64,000 nucleotides of DNA. Source: Ranitomeya imitator (taxonomy: Eukaryota). Location: assembly GCF_032444005.1 (NCBI RefSeq), contig NC_091288.1:201996001-202060000 (forward strand). Reading direction: 5' to 3'. Positions within the stretch are counted from its first letter, which is position 1. Each line of letters begins with the position of its first letter. This document shows, in pieces, positions 41,270 through 64,000 of this stretch. A program made the position numbers and the translations under genes. The notes under the pieces were generated by a model. It did not search any database. It was not told where the DNA came from and saw only the letters and a program-made list of their open reading frames with translations.

Positions 41270-41606
41270 GCGTGCGCGGTCCTGGGGTTGCCGGCCTTGG
41301 TAACGTGCGCGGCCCCGGCTTTGCCGTCCTTGGTGACGTGCGCGGTCCTGGGGTTGTCGGCCTTGGTGACGTGCGCGGCCCTGCGTTGTCTGCCTTGGTG
41401 ACGTGCGCGGCCCTGCGTTGTCTGCCTTGGTAACGTGCGCGGCCCCGGCTTTGCCGTCCTTGGTAACGTGCGCGGCCCCGGCTTTGCCGTCCTTGGTGAC
41501 GTGCGCGATCCTGGGGTTGTCTGCCTTGGTGACGTGCGCGGCCCTGCGTTGTCTGCCTTGGTGACGTGCGCGGCCCCGGCTTTGCCGGCCTTGGTGACGT
41601 GCGCGG
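41270..41606. repeat. GC-rich ~33-bp VNTR (10 copies) directly upstream of the NME3 ATG
   Basis: Core CCTTGGT(G/A)ACGTGCGCG repeated 10 times; the last copy ends ~27 bp before the ATG. Confidence 0.85.
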
Positions 41607-41632
41607 CACCGGCTCGCTCTCCTGCTCTCGCC

Positions 41633-44600
41633 ATGATCTGTCTGGTGCTGACAATCTTCGCGCACATTTTCCCCTCCGGTATGAAGCGTCAGTGTCGGGG
41701 AGTGCCGGGTGTGCAGTGTGTGGACGTGGAGGAGGCCGCGCTTTGGTCATGCAGGACTGTGGCGCGCTGTGTGTTGTGTCAGGACGTGTTGGGAGTTGTA
41801 GTTCTCCATGCAGTGCACGCTGAGGTCTGGCTGGACACATAGGACTGTGCATTAGTGGTCTCGGTGGGCTTCCTGCCATGTGAGGCCTGGCACTTAGTGG
41901 GCACAGTTGGGGTCTTGTGCAGATGTGGAGCTGTCCTCGGTGGCAGCCAGTCCTGACCCTGCAGCTTGTCACACTTTCTATGCTCCTCCCCATTGACTTT
42001 CTGTCTTTTACAGCCTGGTCGGGGGTGAATGAACGCACCTTCCTAGCGGTGAAGCCTGACGGGTGTCAGCGGCGCCTGGTGGGCGAGATCATCAGACGAT
42101 TCGAGAGAAAGGGCTTCCGACTGGTCGCAATGAAATTAATGCAGGTGGGCGACGTACAAGCTGTGCCCCTGTATGTGGGGTCCGCCTGCGCCAGTCTGCC
42201 GGAAAATCGCTCTAATGTTGTCGTGCAGATTTTTTTGCCCACGTTGATAGGATGGTAATCCCGTGCGGTGGGCTTCTCAAAAGCGGTCCTAATTTCACAC
42301 ACACCCTGCATGCAGAGGAGTCTGATCAGCACAGTCGGACTGATTTTCCCCCACGCCCAGAATGTAGAGGAGTCTGATCAGCACAGTCGGACTGATTTTC
42401 CCCCACACCCAGAATGTAGAGGAGTTTGATCAGCATAGTCGGACTGATTTTCCCCCACGCTCAGAATGTAGAGGAGTCTGATCACGCACTGTCGGACTGG
42501 TTTTCCCCCACACCCTGCATATAGAGGAGTCTGATCAGCACAGTCGGACTGATTTTACCCCACGCCCTGCATGTAGGGGAGTCTGATCAGCATAGTCAAA
42601 CTGATTTTCCCCCACGACCAGCATGTAGAGGAGTCTGATCAGCACAGTCGGACTGATTTCCCCCCACGCTCAGCATGTAGAGGAGTCTGATCAGCACAGT
42701 CGGACTGATTTCCCCCCACGCTCAGCATGTAGAGGAGTCTGGTCAGCATAGTCGGACTGGTTTTCCCCTCACACTCTGCATGTAAAGGAGTCTGATCAGC
42801 ATAGACTGGTTTTCCCTCACACCCTGCATGTAGAGGAGTCTGATCAGCATAGTCGGACTGATTTTCACACACACCGTGCATGTAGAGGAGTATGATCAGC
42901 ATAGTCCGACTGATTTTCACACACACCCTGCATGTAGAGGAGTCTGATCAGCATAGTCGGACTGGTTTTCCTCCACACCCTGCATGTAGAGGAGTCTGAT
43001 CAGCATAGTCGGACTGGTTTTCCTCCACACCCTGCATGTAGAGGAGTCTGATTAGCATAGTCGGACTGGTTTTCCCCCACGCCCAGCATGTAGAGGAGTC
43101 TGATCAGCACAGTCGGACTGATTTTCCCCCCCACACCCTGCATGTAGAGGAGTCTGATCAGCATAGTCGGACTGGTTTTCCCCCCACACCCTACATGTAG
43201 AGGAGTCTGATCAGCATAGTCGGACTGGTTTTCCCCCACGCCCAGCATGTAGAGGAGTCTGATCAGCACAGTCGGACTGATTTTCCCCCCACACCCTGCA
43301 TGTAGAGGAGTCTGATCAGCATAGTCGGACTGGTTTTCCCCCACGCCCAGCATGTAGAGGAGTCTGATCAGCACAGTCGGACTGATTTTCCCCCCACACC
43401 CTGCATGTAGAGGAGTCTGATCAGCATAGTCGGACTGGTTTTCCCCCCACACCCTGCATGTAGAGGAGTCTGATCAGCATAGTCGGACTGGTTTTCCCCC
43501 ACGCCCAGCATGTAGAGGAGTCTGATCAGCACAGTCGGACTGATTTTCCCCCCACACCCTGCATGTAGAGGAGTCTGATCAGCATAGTCGGACTGGTTTT
43601 CCCCCACGCCCAGCATGTAGAGGAGTCTGATCAGCATAGTCGGACTGATTGTCTTGGATGAGAGATAATCAGTCGTGTAACCCCGGCATTAGACAGATTT
43701 TGCCATTGACGATTGCTCTCTTTGTAAATCATCCTGCCGTGATTGTTGCATTTTGCTACTGGATTCCTATTTAATGTTTTCAGAGAAAGTCGAGGCGATT
43801 AATACCTTGGGGTCTCAGCGATTAGGCTCCTCTCCCCCCCCTGATAAACATGCCTGCAGCGGTTATATGAATCCCGCGCTAAAGAGACATGGCCGCCAGA
43901 GACCACGCATGCCTTGTGTTTCTCAGTTTGGCTGTTTCGTCTCATCACAGGCATCAGAGACCCTCTTAAAGGACCACTACATTGCTCTGCGGGACCGCCC
44001 GTTCTATAATCGCCTGGTGAAGTATATGGGTTCCGGACCTGTGGTAGCCATGGTGAGTGCCGGCATTAGATTACCCCTTCTGGGACTTCTGGTGATTATC
44101 GTTGGTTGTAACGTGCTGATTTCTGCAGGTCTGGCAGGGCCTGGACGTAGTGAAGACAGCCCGCCTAATGCTCGGTGAGACCAACCCCGTGGACTCCTTA
44201 CCGGGCACTATTCGTGGAGATTTCGGTGTGGATGTCAGCAGGTAAAATCCAAAGCAATGAGCTTTATGGTTCACATTCACAGAGGACTAGTCCACTGCCA
44301 CGGCACAGTCACTTCCTAACAGATCTAGGTGGCGTGATCGCAGGGCGTGCACCCCGACGGTGAGGGTGGCGGGTCAGTCATTCCTCCGAGGTTGCGCAGC
44401 GCACGTTCCTTCCTGTGTTGTCAGTGACCGTTCCTTGTTGATGGAGCTTACTTTACGGTTGATATCTCAGCTTTCCGACTACATGATTTACTTTTCTTCT
44501 TTTTTTTTTGTTCAGGAATGTGATCCACGGAAGCGACTCCAGAGAGAGCGCCCAGCGTGAGATTTCTCTCTGGTTCAGACCAGATGAGATTGTCTGTTGG

Positions 44601-44633
44601 CAGGACCATGCTGAGCGCTGGATCTACGAGTGA
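41633..44633 (+). CDS. NME3: Nucleoside diphosphate kinase 3 (NME3), 169 aa, 5 coding exons
   Basis: Exons 41633-41678, 42014-42144, 43951-44052, 44129-44241 and 44516-44633 (510 nt, all GT-AG). [16 protein letters not shown]-terminus, [11 protein letters not shown], catalytic NVIHGSDS, ends WIYE. Convergent with MAPK8IP3 as in human. Confidence 0.96.
42305..43650. repeat. ~52-bp minisatellite (~25 copies) in NME3 intron 2
   Basis: Unit gcatgtagaggagtctgatcagcatagtcggactggttttcccccacgccca. Confidence 0.92.
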
Positions 44634-45375
44634 AAGGTGTAGGAAAGACGTGGAGCTGTTACACACATCACAGGGCCTTTTTTTTTCCAACTATCAACAA
44701 AAGATGGGGAGTGAAACATGAAGCCAAATGGATTCCTGTAGAGTTGAGTGACAAAAAAAAATTTAATTTGCAGCACCCTGGTCAGGTGTCCGCATCGGTA
44801 GTCTGTGGCTACCAAACCAAAGCACTTCCTATTACCTGCACCATCCCCGATACCTCTTTTGATTAGCAGGTTGCCATGGTGTCCATTATGTTTCTGTGTG
44901 ACACTCGCATGATGTGCCTGCAACCTACAAATCAGAAGACGGATCGGGGTTGTTGCAGGACCTGAACTTTTTGCTGAACTTTTATTTGTAAGTCATATTG
45001 AGCCCAAGGCATTAACTCCAAATTCCATCCAAACTACGCTTATATCATTCCTGGTGTGTTCCTCCCCCCGCACAAATAGCATTGAGTCCTGATAGGATGT
45101 AACCTGATCCTTCAGTCTCCTAGAGAAAGTATGTACAGGGTGTGTTTATAGGTGTGTATGCGCAGCATCAATCAGATGGGCGAATTGTTCTCAGGGCTAT
45201 CAGACCGTATTTTGCATGTAGCACTGGGATTCTGTGAGGTTGGGCTGAATTTGCAGAACTATCACTATGATGCTGTATGTTCGGTATAACCTTGCCGCGT
45301 CTCGAGGGTTAAATTCAGGATATAAAATATAAACTGGGAACACTATTGCTTTCTGAATGTGGAAGGTGTACACAC

Positions 45376-45683
45376 TAGTGATGAGCGAATATGCTCGGAT
45401 GGCGTCTTATCCAGGCATACTCGGGTGTTATTGTGTATCTTGTGCATGCTCGTATATTATGTTCCAGTCCCTGCAGCTGCATGATTTGTGACTGTTAGAC
45501 AGCCTGAATATGTGGGGATTCTCTAACAAACAGGCAATCCTCACATGTGTTCAGGCTGTCTAACAGTCACAAATCATGCAGCCGCAGGGACTCGAACACA
45601 ATATACGAGCGCGCCCAAGATACTTGGATAACACCCGAGTATGCCTGGATAAGACGCTATCCGAGCATATTCGCTCATCACTA
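45376..45683. mobile_element. Palindromic MITE (TAGTGATGAGCG termini), probably hAT-derived
   Basis: TAGTGATGAGCGAATATGCTCGGAT...ATCCGAGCATATTCGCTCATCACTA. Flanks gtacacac / gtacactc form a 7/8 TSD. Confidence 0.8.
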
Positions 45684-47613
45684 GTACACTCCTGACATAT
45701 GATGACCTATTACTTGGGTGATCACTTCTGTACATCATGTAGTAAAGGATTTCTACACAGTCAAAAGGAAGAAGTTGGGTTGTCGAGGCTCGGTGTTCAA
45801 GTCTGCACTCGCTCTCTGTGACTGCACACTTGTGAATCCTCACAGTGTGGCGTGCAGTGTGTGCTGTTGGGATTCTCCAGTCCCGAATGCAGTTGGGGGA
45901 GCGTGGCCGCAATTATCTGATTTGCATACATGCAGATTAGACACGTCTGGCCTTGCTCTGTACAAGTGAATTGATCGAGGTCGGAATGTGGCCAGAAGTA
46001 TGCAAATGACCTACTTGTGGTCACATTACCGCCTTCTCCTGGCACCGGAAAATCCTGACAGTGTGCACTGTGCGCGCTGTGAGAATTAGAAGTCTGTGGT
46101 CACATAGAGTAACTGCAGATGTTAGCCCCAATCCTGGACTTCACCATTAAGGTATCTTTAGGCTGGGGCTGTACACCAACTTTAGACACATGTTGCGCCT
46201 CCAGAGATCCCAGTATTGCGATGCAGATTTTGATTTGTGCCAACTTGCAGTTCACAACAATATTTGCTTTCGTTATTTTGCATATCCCCAATACTGCGAT
46301 TTATGGGTTCAAGTCCAAAGTTGGCATGCAGCTCAAGCCTGATGAGAAATACACAGCTTCATCATCCATGTACCACTGCCCATGTCTGCTGGAGACGAAA
46401 GGCTTCTTTTAACTCTTGAAATACCCTGAGATATTGCATGGGCGTCTAACCCTACCCAGCACTTCTAACGCTGAGCAGGATCGTGCGCCATATTCTACTG
46501 CAGGTGACTGGCAGCTGCTGCAGATCCATAGGTTATAAATCACTCTCAAAATCATTGATTTTTGTGGAAAGTTCAGTACTGCCTGTTTGATTGAGATGCA
46601 TAATTGTCAATCAATTACTGCAATTGAGCCTTATGTCCAAAAAAATGCAAAGTTCTGCCTTAGAATGGCCCCTTCCGCAACTCACTTTAGCATGGGAAGG
46701 TAAAGGGGCTAATGACGTGGGGCCCATCGGCCACGTGCCAGGTATCTGCAGGTCTCATGCACATTTCCTATTCTAATTGATAGAAACCTGCGGCCGTGCA
46801 TGAAACCTGTCGAGCGGCCTGCAGACACCACATTGGTTCTTGATTTATCAGGACCCGATCACGTCTTTCTCATTCACACCCATCTTTACATATCTCCCAT
46901 GATCAGTGTGTGGGAGTCAACAAATTATGTTTAAAATGAAGGAGACTTTATATATGACGCTATAAATGTTAAACCAGGAAATGTTTAAGCACCAAAACTT
47001 GAGGCCTATTCACCGAACCTGGCATTCAGCTGGAAAGGACATTTTAGACGGACAATTGTGGTCCAGAAAGTGAATGCTCTGTTTTCTGAATGTCGTGTTT
47101 GCGCCCAACACTTGAGGACATGCGCTGTCTAAAAGTCGTCTTGAATGTTCACTTTTGTGCCATTTTTGCAGTCCATGCTGCCGGGGCGATCTTGTCTGTG
47201 ACATTACACTGTGGGAAGGGTCAGGAGTTCACACTTCGGGGTCAGGCTCTTTTAGGGTACATTTCCACAGAACGTATTCAAAGTGATATCCATAGAGGAT
47301 GTGAAGAACGTGTGGGGGGCGCTGCACATTTCGCCTTTTGCTTCAGTAGCCATAAATCAATGTGCTGCGAATCTAAAAGCTTTGTTCTTCTTGATTTACT
47401 CTAGATATTTTTCACAGTAAGACTTCTTAAAATCTCAGACTACGCGGCACTTTTGCTGTGTGGGAACGTGCCCTAACAGACACAAGCCTGAAGTTTACAT
47501 TTTTGTTCATGTCCAGTTGAAAAATTATTGGGCACAATGGGTCAAGAGTAAGTGGATAATCTGTTTACAGGATGAGGATGAATCAATGTTTTGTACTGCT
47601 TCTTGTTCTTTGT

Positions 47614-47630
47614 AATAAAAAACAAATAAA
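47614..47630 (+). terminator. Candidate NME3 polyadenylation signals
   Basis: Two AATAAA followed by a U/GU-rich tract (47641-47660). These are the first canonical AATAAA I found after the stop codon. Confidence 0.35.
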
Positions 47631-47934
47631 ATAGGGGAAATTGTGTTTTTGTTTTTTCTCTTACTAGTATCTGGTCTGAAAAAGTCCATAAATTCACTTC
47701 TTACTGCAGGTTTGTTCGTTTTACTGTTGGATTATAGTTTTTGAAACAATACTGACCCTATGGACTGACCACACACATGCGATAGCTGACAGCTGTCTCT
47801 TCCGACTCCCCTGTACACATGAACGTTCAGATCGGTCGAGTGCTCATGTGTTTTCAATGGGAGCGAGGAAAGCTGCTGCCATTAACGTCTGGCAGAGGCT
47901 TTCTCCTGGAGAACAAAAGGGTCATGCGATTATA

Positions 47935-48118
47935 ACTATGTTACTATAGTCGAGGGGTTCAAGAGAGGCCTGGATGTCTTCCTGGAGCAGAACAATATTG
48001 TATCATACAATTATTAGGTTCTGTAGAAGGACGTAGATCTGGGTATTTATTATGATGGAATATAGGCTGAACTGGATGGACAAATGTCTTTTTTCGGCCT
48101 TACTAACTATGTTACTAT
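47935..48118 (+). mobile_element. CR1 3' end with 3' UTR and (CTATGTTA)-type tail
   Basis: Shares gttcaagagaggcctggatgtcttcctggagcagaacaatattgtatcatacaat with the histone-unit CR1 and ends in actatgttactatg. Confidence 0.8.
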
Positions 48119-48129
48119 GATTGATTTTC

Positions 48130-48522
48130 ATCCGCCTGATCCTCCTCTCATGTGCCCGATCCTCCTCTCACGTGCCCGATCCTCCTCTCACCCGCCCGAT
48201 CCTCCTCTCACCCGCCCGATCCTCCTCTCACCCGCCCGATCCTCCTCTCACCCGCCCGATCCTCCTCTCACCCGCCCGATCCTCCTCTCACCCGCCCGAT
48301 CCTCCTCTCACCCGCCCGATCCTCCTCTCACCCGCCCGATCCTCTCATCCGCCCGATCCTTCTCTCATCCGCCCGATCCTCCTCTCATCCGCCCGATCCT
48401 CCTCTCATCCGCCCGATCCTCCTCTCATCCGCCCGATCCTTCTCTCATCCGCCCGATCCTCCTCTCACCCGCCCGATCCTTCTCTCATCCGCCCGAACCT
48501 TCTCTCTCTCTCTCTCTCTCTC
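48130..48522. repeat. 19-bp minisatellite CCGCCCGATCCTCCTCTCA followed by (CT)n
   Basis: About 19 visible tandem units. Confidence 0.92.
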
Positions 48523-49216
48523 AAAGCTGGTGTTACACATTTCAAATCGCTACAGCGCACAAGCGACAAGATGGCGATAGGCGTCCACGCCCCTAAGACC
48601 TATGTCATCACTCTGCCCACACTCCTTCATGGCCGACCCCACACAGGGATCGGGTCGGGTTTCATGAAACCTGACTTTGACAAAAGTTGGCGACTTTTCA
48701 AAATGAACGATCCGTTTTGCTCAACCCTAGTCGTAACCATGGAAATCTAAGTTACTGCAAGACCCTGCACATGAGGAAAGAGACATCGCAAATCAGAAGG
48801 ACTATACTACATTTCTAATTGGAGATATTTGCTAATATTCTTACACCTACTATATAGTGGGATAGGATCTTGGAGATGGGATTAACCTTTTTAGCTGTTA
48901 AAAAAAAAAAAATAATAATAATCAAAAAGATTGCATGCAAATTGAACATATGTGACATCCAAACAAAAACTGAGCAGGTTTGGGATTTTTGGGAGCAAAA
49001 GTTGTAACTTGACCCCCGTTAGCTCGAGTTACCAGACTTAGTCGGCCCTGACTTGACTGTAATCTGAATTAACCCTTGGATGTTCTCTGTCAGATCCTAC
49101 AGATTCTGCTGTGATGCCCTGTCTATAAGTTCTGCACACATTTTGGTCCATGTCCTGTCCCACGGGGGCTGTCACCACCACACAACACCGGCGTCTTGCA
49201 TTCATTTTGTAATACA

Positions 49217-49222
49217 TTTATT
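49217..49222 (-). terminator. Candidate MAPK8IP3 poly(A) signal
   Basis: Minus-strand AATAAA with a GU-rich GGTGTTGTGTGGTGGTG 28-46 nt downstream. Implies a ~1.9 kb 3' UTR. Confidence 0.5.
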
Positions 49223-51114
49223 ACATACATAACAATTACATGTTGATCATGTCACAAGGGGGAGAGAGAGGAAGCAGAGCGGTATTCGTACAGCAGTCTT
49301 TACATAATGCCACCGATTAGACCAGAGGACGGACCGGACACACTGCGGAGTTTACAAGCATTTTTTCGTTTTTTTTGGAACAGACACGTCAGAGCCCCCT
49401 TGTGACACTTTCTTTACACATGTCGTCGCTGTAGGTAGAAGGAGCTGATAGAGCCGAGCACTTTATACCTTGCTGGCTGGTTAGTAATGTGCTTCTTTTT
49501 TTTTTTTCTGGTTTAACCCCTGAACTCCCAGAAAATCCTGCAACACTGGGTATTGGAGGCAGTGCGGGAGCGACGGGCGCACATGCAGGGAGGTCGTCTG
49601 GGGACATAGCGATTGTTAGATTGGTTTGATCAGGCCCGGGATGATTACCACTGGTCATTGAATTATGGATATGTATGGAGTAACTTAGAATACAGGTTAG
49701 TGCTGAGCGGGTCCATTTGCCCCATTGTTAATGCCGACGAGGCTAGCAGGTCAATATGGTAAGTTCTACATACATCAGTCCAAGTGGACCAGGCACCATA
49801 GTGAAAATATAAGGCCTACCTCCTGGTGCTGTCTCTGTACCCCTTTCCCCAAATATTGGCAGTCCTAGCAGAGCTATCAGTGCTACACTTCCTCCTTAAA
49901 CCTGTATATAAGAAGCTGTATCTGTTAACCGAAGGGATCCTAAAAGAGGTTGGCAGTTTTACCCCTACTCTTTAAATTTAAAGGGGTTGTCTGGCATAGG
50001 AGAGAAGGATTAGCCATGCTGAATTCAAGTCCTCCAGCAGAGGTTTCTATCCGGAGCTTACTCCGCTCTCCATTTGGAAAACACTCGTCCAAGTCCAACA
50101 TTCATGTGTAAGGAGGAATAGTTTTCAACTAAACAAGCACTTAGCCACCTTAAAGGGGTTATCCAGTACTGCCTGTCTAAAATGAAGAAGTGAGCGGCTC
50201 TGGACAAACCCTTTAAATCATAGATGTAATTACATTTTTGCATGAGATAAAAGAAAGTACGGTTGCTCTCTTCCTAGAACAGCGCCATCCTTATCTACAG
50301 GCTGTATGTGTTGGTGCAGCTCAGTCAAGCAAATATTTTAATATATATCTACATTTTTTTGGGGGGTGTCAACTCGCGGCCACATTACCTCCACTACCTA
50401 TAATCTAGACCCTCTCATTTCCAGCTTTGGAACTGCAGGATTGGCGATGTAATCTACCCTAATGGTGATGCAGGTAAGTCTTATTGCTCACAGGCAACCA
50501 ATCAGGTCCTGCGTTTTAGTTTTTTTCAGTGCAATTTAGAAAATTTTGATTTTGATTACTTACCATAGATAGAAATAAAAATAATGCAATGCACCAATAC
50601 TGATAGATGTGTCCAGCCTTTGCATGAAGTAGGTGCTAATTATCTAATTAACTTGTTATAATATCAGAACGATTTGGCATAAGAAGAAAAAGAAAGAAAA
50701 ACAAACTCGATCCTCAGATGCAGCCTAGCCCGAGCTTGTCAGCTTAAATTCAGTCCCCTGCGATCTGTAATGTAACCCGCCAAACATTTCAGCGCCAGAC
50801 TGGATGATCGGACCTTGATGCCAGCCGGGCAGAGGTGATATTTAATTAACAGGTTCATCATACTTAGACTTTTGAAGAAGAAACATGAGAATTAGTTTTG
50901 AGTGTGAGTCTCCAGGAGTTTGTGGATATGCTGCCATGTCCTGGAGTTTTCTAGATATTGGGCACGTCAGAAGGTGAATAAAATGAGATAAGACCAGCAA
51001 GACACGGGCTGAGAAATTGCGCAGGATTGTGTCACTGTTCCAGTTTGGTATTTCCAGCGGGTGCAGGGAAGCAGGAGGCGTCTTGGCATTCTGGGGAGAA
51101 GGCTAAGGTTGCAT

Positions 51115-63494
<12,380 letters not shown>

Positions 63495-63869
63495 CTGCAG
63501 ACAGGGAGGAAGATGAACGCCCTTTATACAGATTTATGTGCTGTATTTGGGCACCACTGGCATTACACATGGGCTCGGCCAGTTCATAGAAATCATTAAT
63601 CTCTATATGAGTACCTGGGTGCTTAGAGTAACTAAACGTTTGGTTTTGTCTGTACTTTAAATGCCTATAAATAAGTGGGGGTACAGTTCCTGAGACCCTA
63701 ACTTATTACTCATTACCCAAAAGTTTGCTGAGAAATGTGCCGTTAAAATGTGCAGCTTGGAAGGAGTACGGATTCAATAGATAGTCATAGACGCCACACT
63801 TCTCAGCTGTCTGTTGAGCGATCAGTGAGGGTCTCGGAACCTGGACCTCCACTATATACAATATTAAAA

Positions 63870-63905
<36 letters not shown>

Positions 63906-64000
63906 TAGTTACTCTTTAAATTGAAAACCAAAATTGATGACATGGGGAACAAAAAGTTATAATAAAAAAAAATTGCAACTAATCCCAAAATTGTTAAAAA

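Overview
Eukaryotic genomic DNA, almost certainly an anuran amphibian (frog-type histones, CR1, V-SINE-like and hAT repeats). Bases 1-~40.9 kb are the end of a tandem replication-dependent histone gene array: 10 genes, all on the minus strand, each with a 3' stem-loop. Left to right they are H2B, H4, H2A, H2B, H4, H3, H1, H4, H2A, H2B. The H2B cores are hard-masked by three identical 285-N runs. The array has a ~19.4-19.6 kb full unit and a shorter 11.9 kb unit that lacks H3 and H1, apparently from recombination between two H4 types. The array ends in a hAT insertion, a fold-back and a satellite just upstream of NME3 (5 exons, + strand, 169 aa), which converges on the last 13 coding exons of MAPK8IP3/JIP3 (- strand). 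The most unusual signal is tandem amplification of the U7-snRNA-binding histone downstream element (HDE): ~17 copies behind H1, 2/3/5 HDE-like copies behind the three H2B genes, and a 22-copy orphan array in an inverted H1-less 'ghost' locus with its own CCAAT/TATA motifs.
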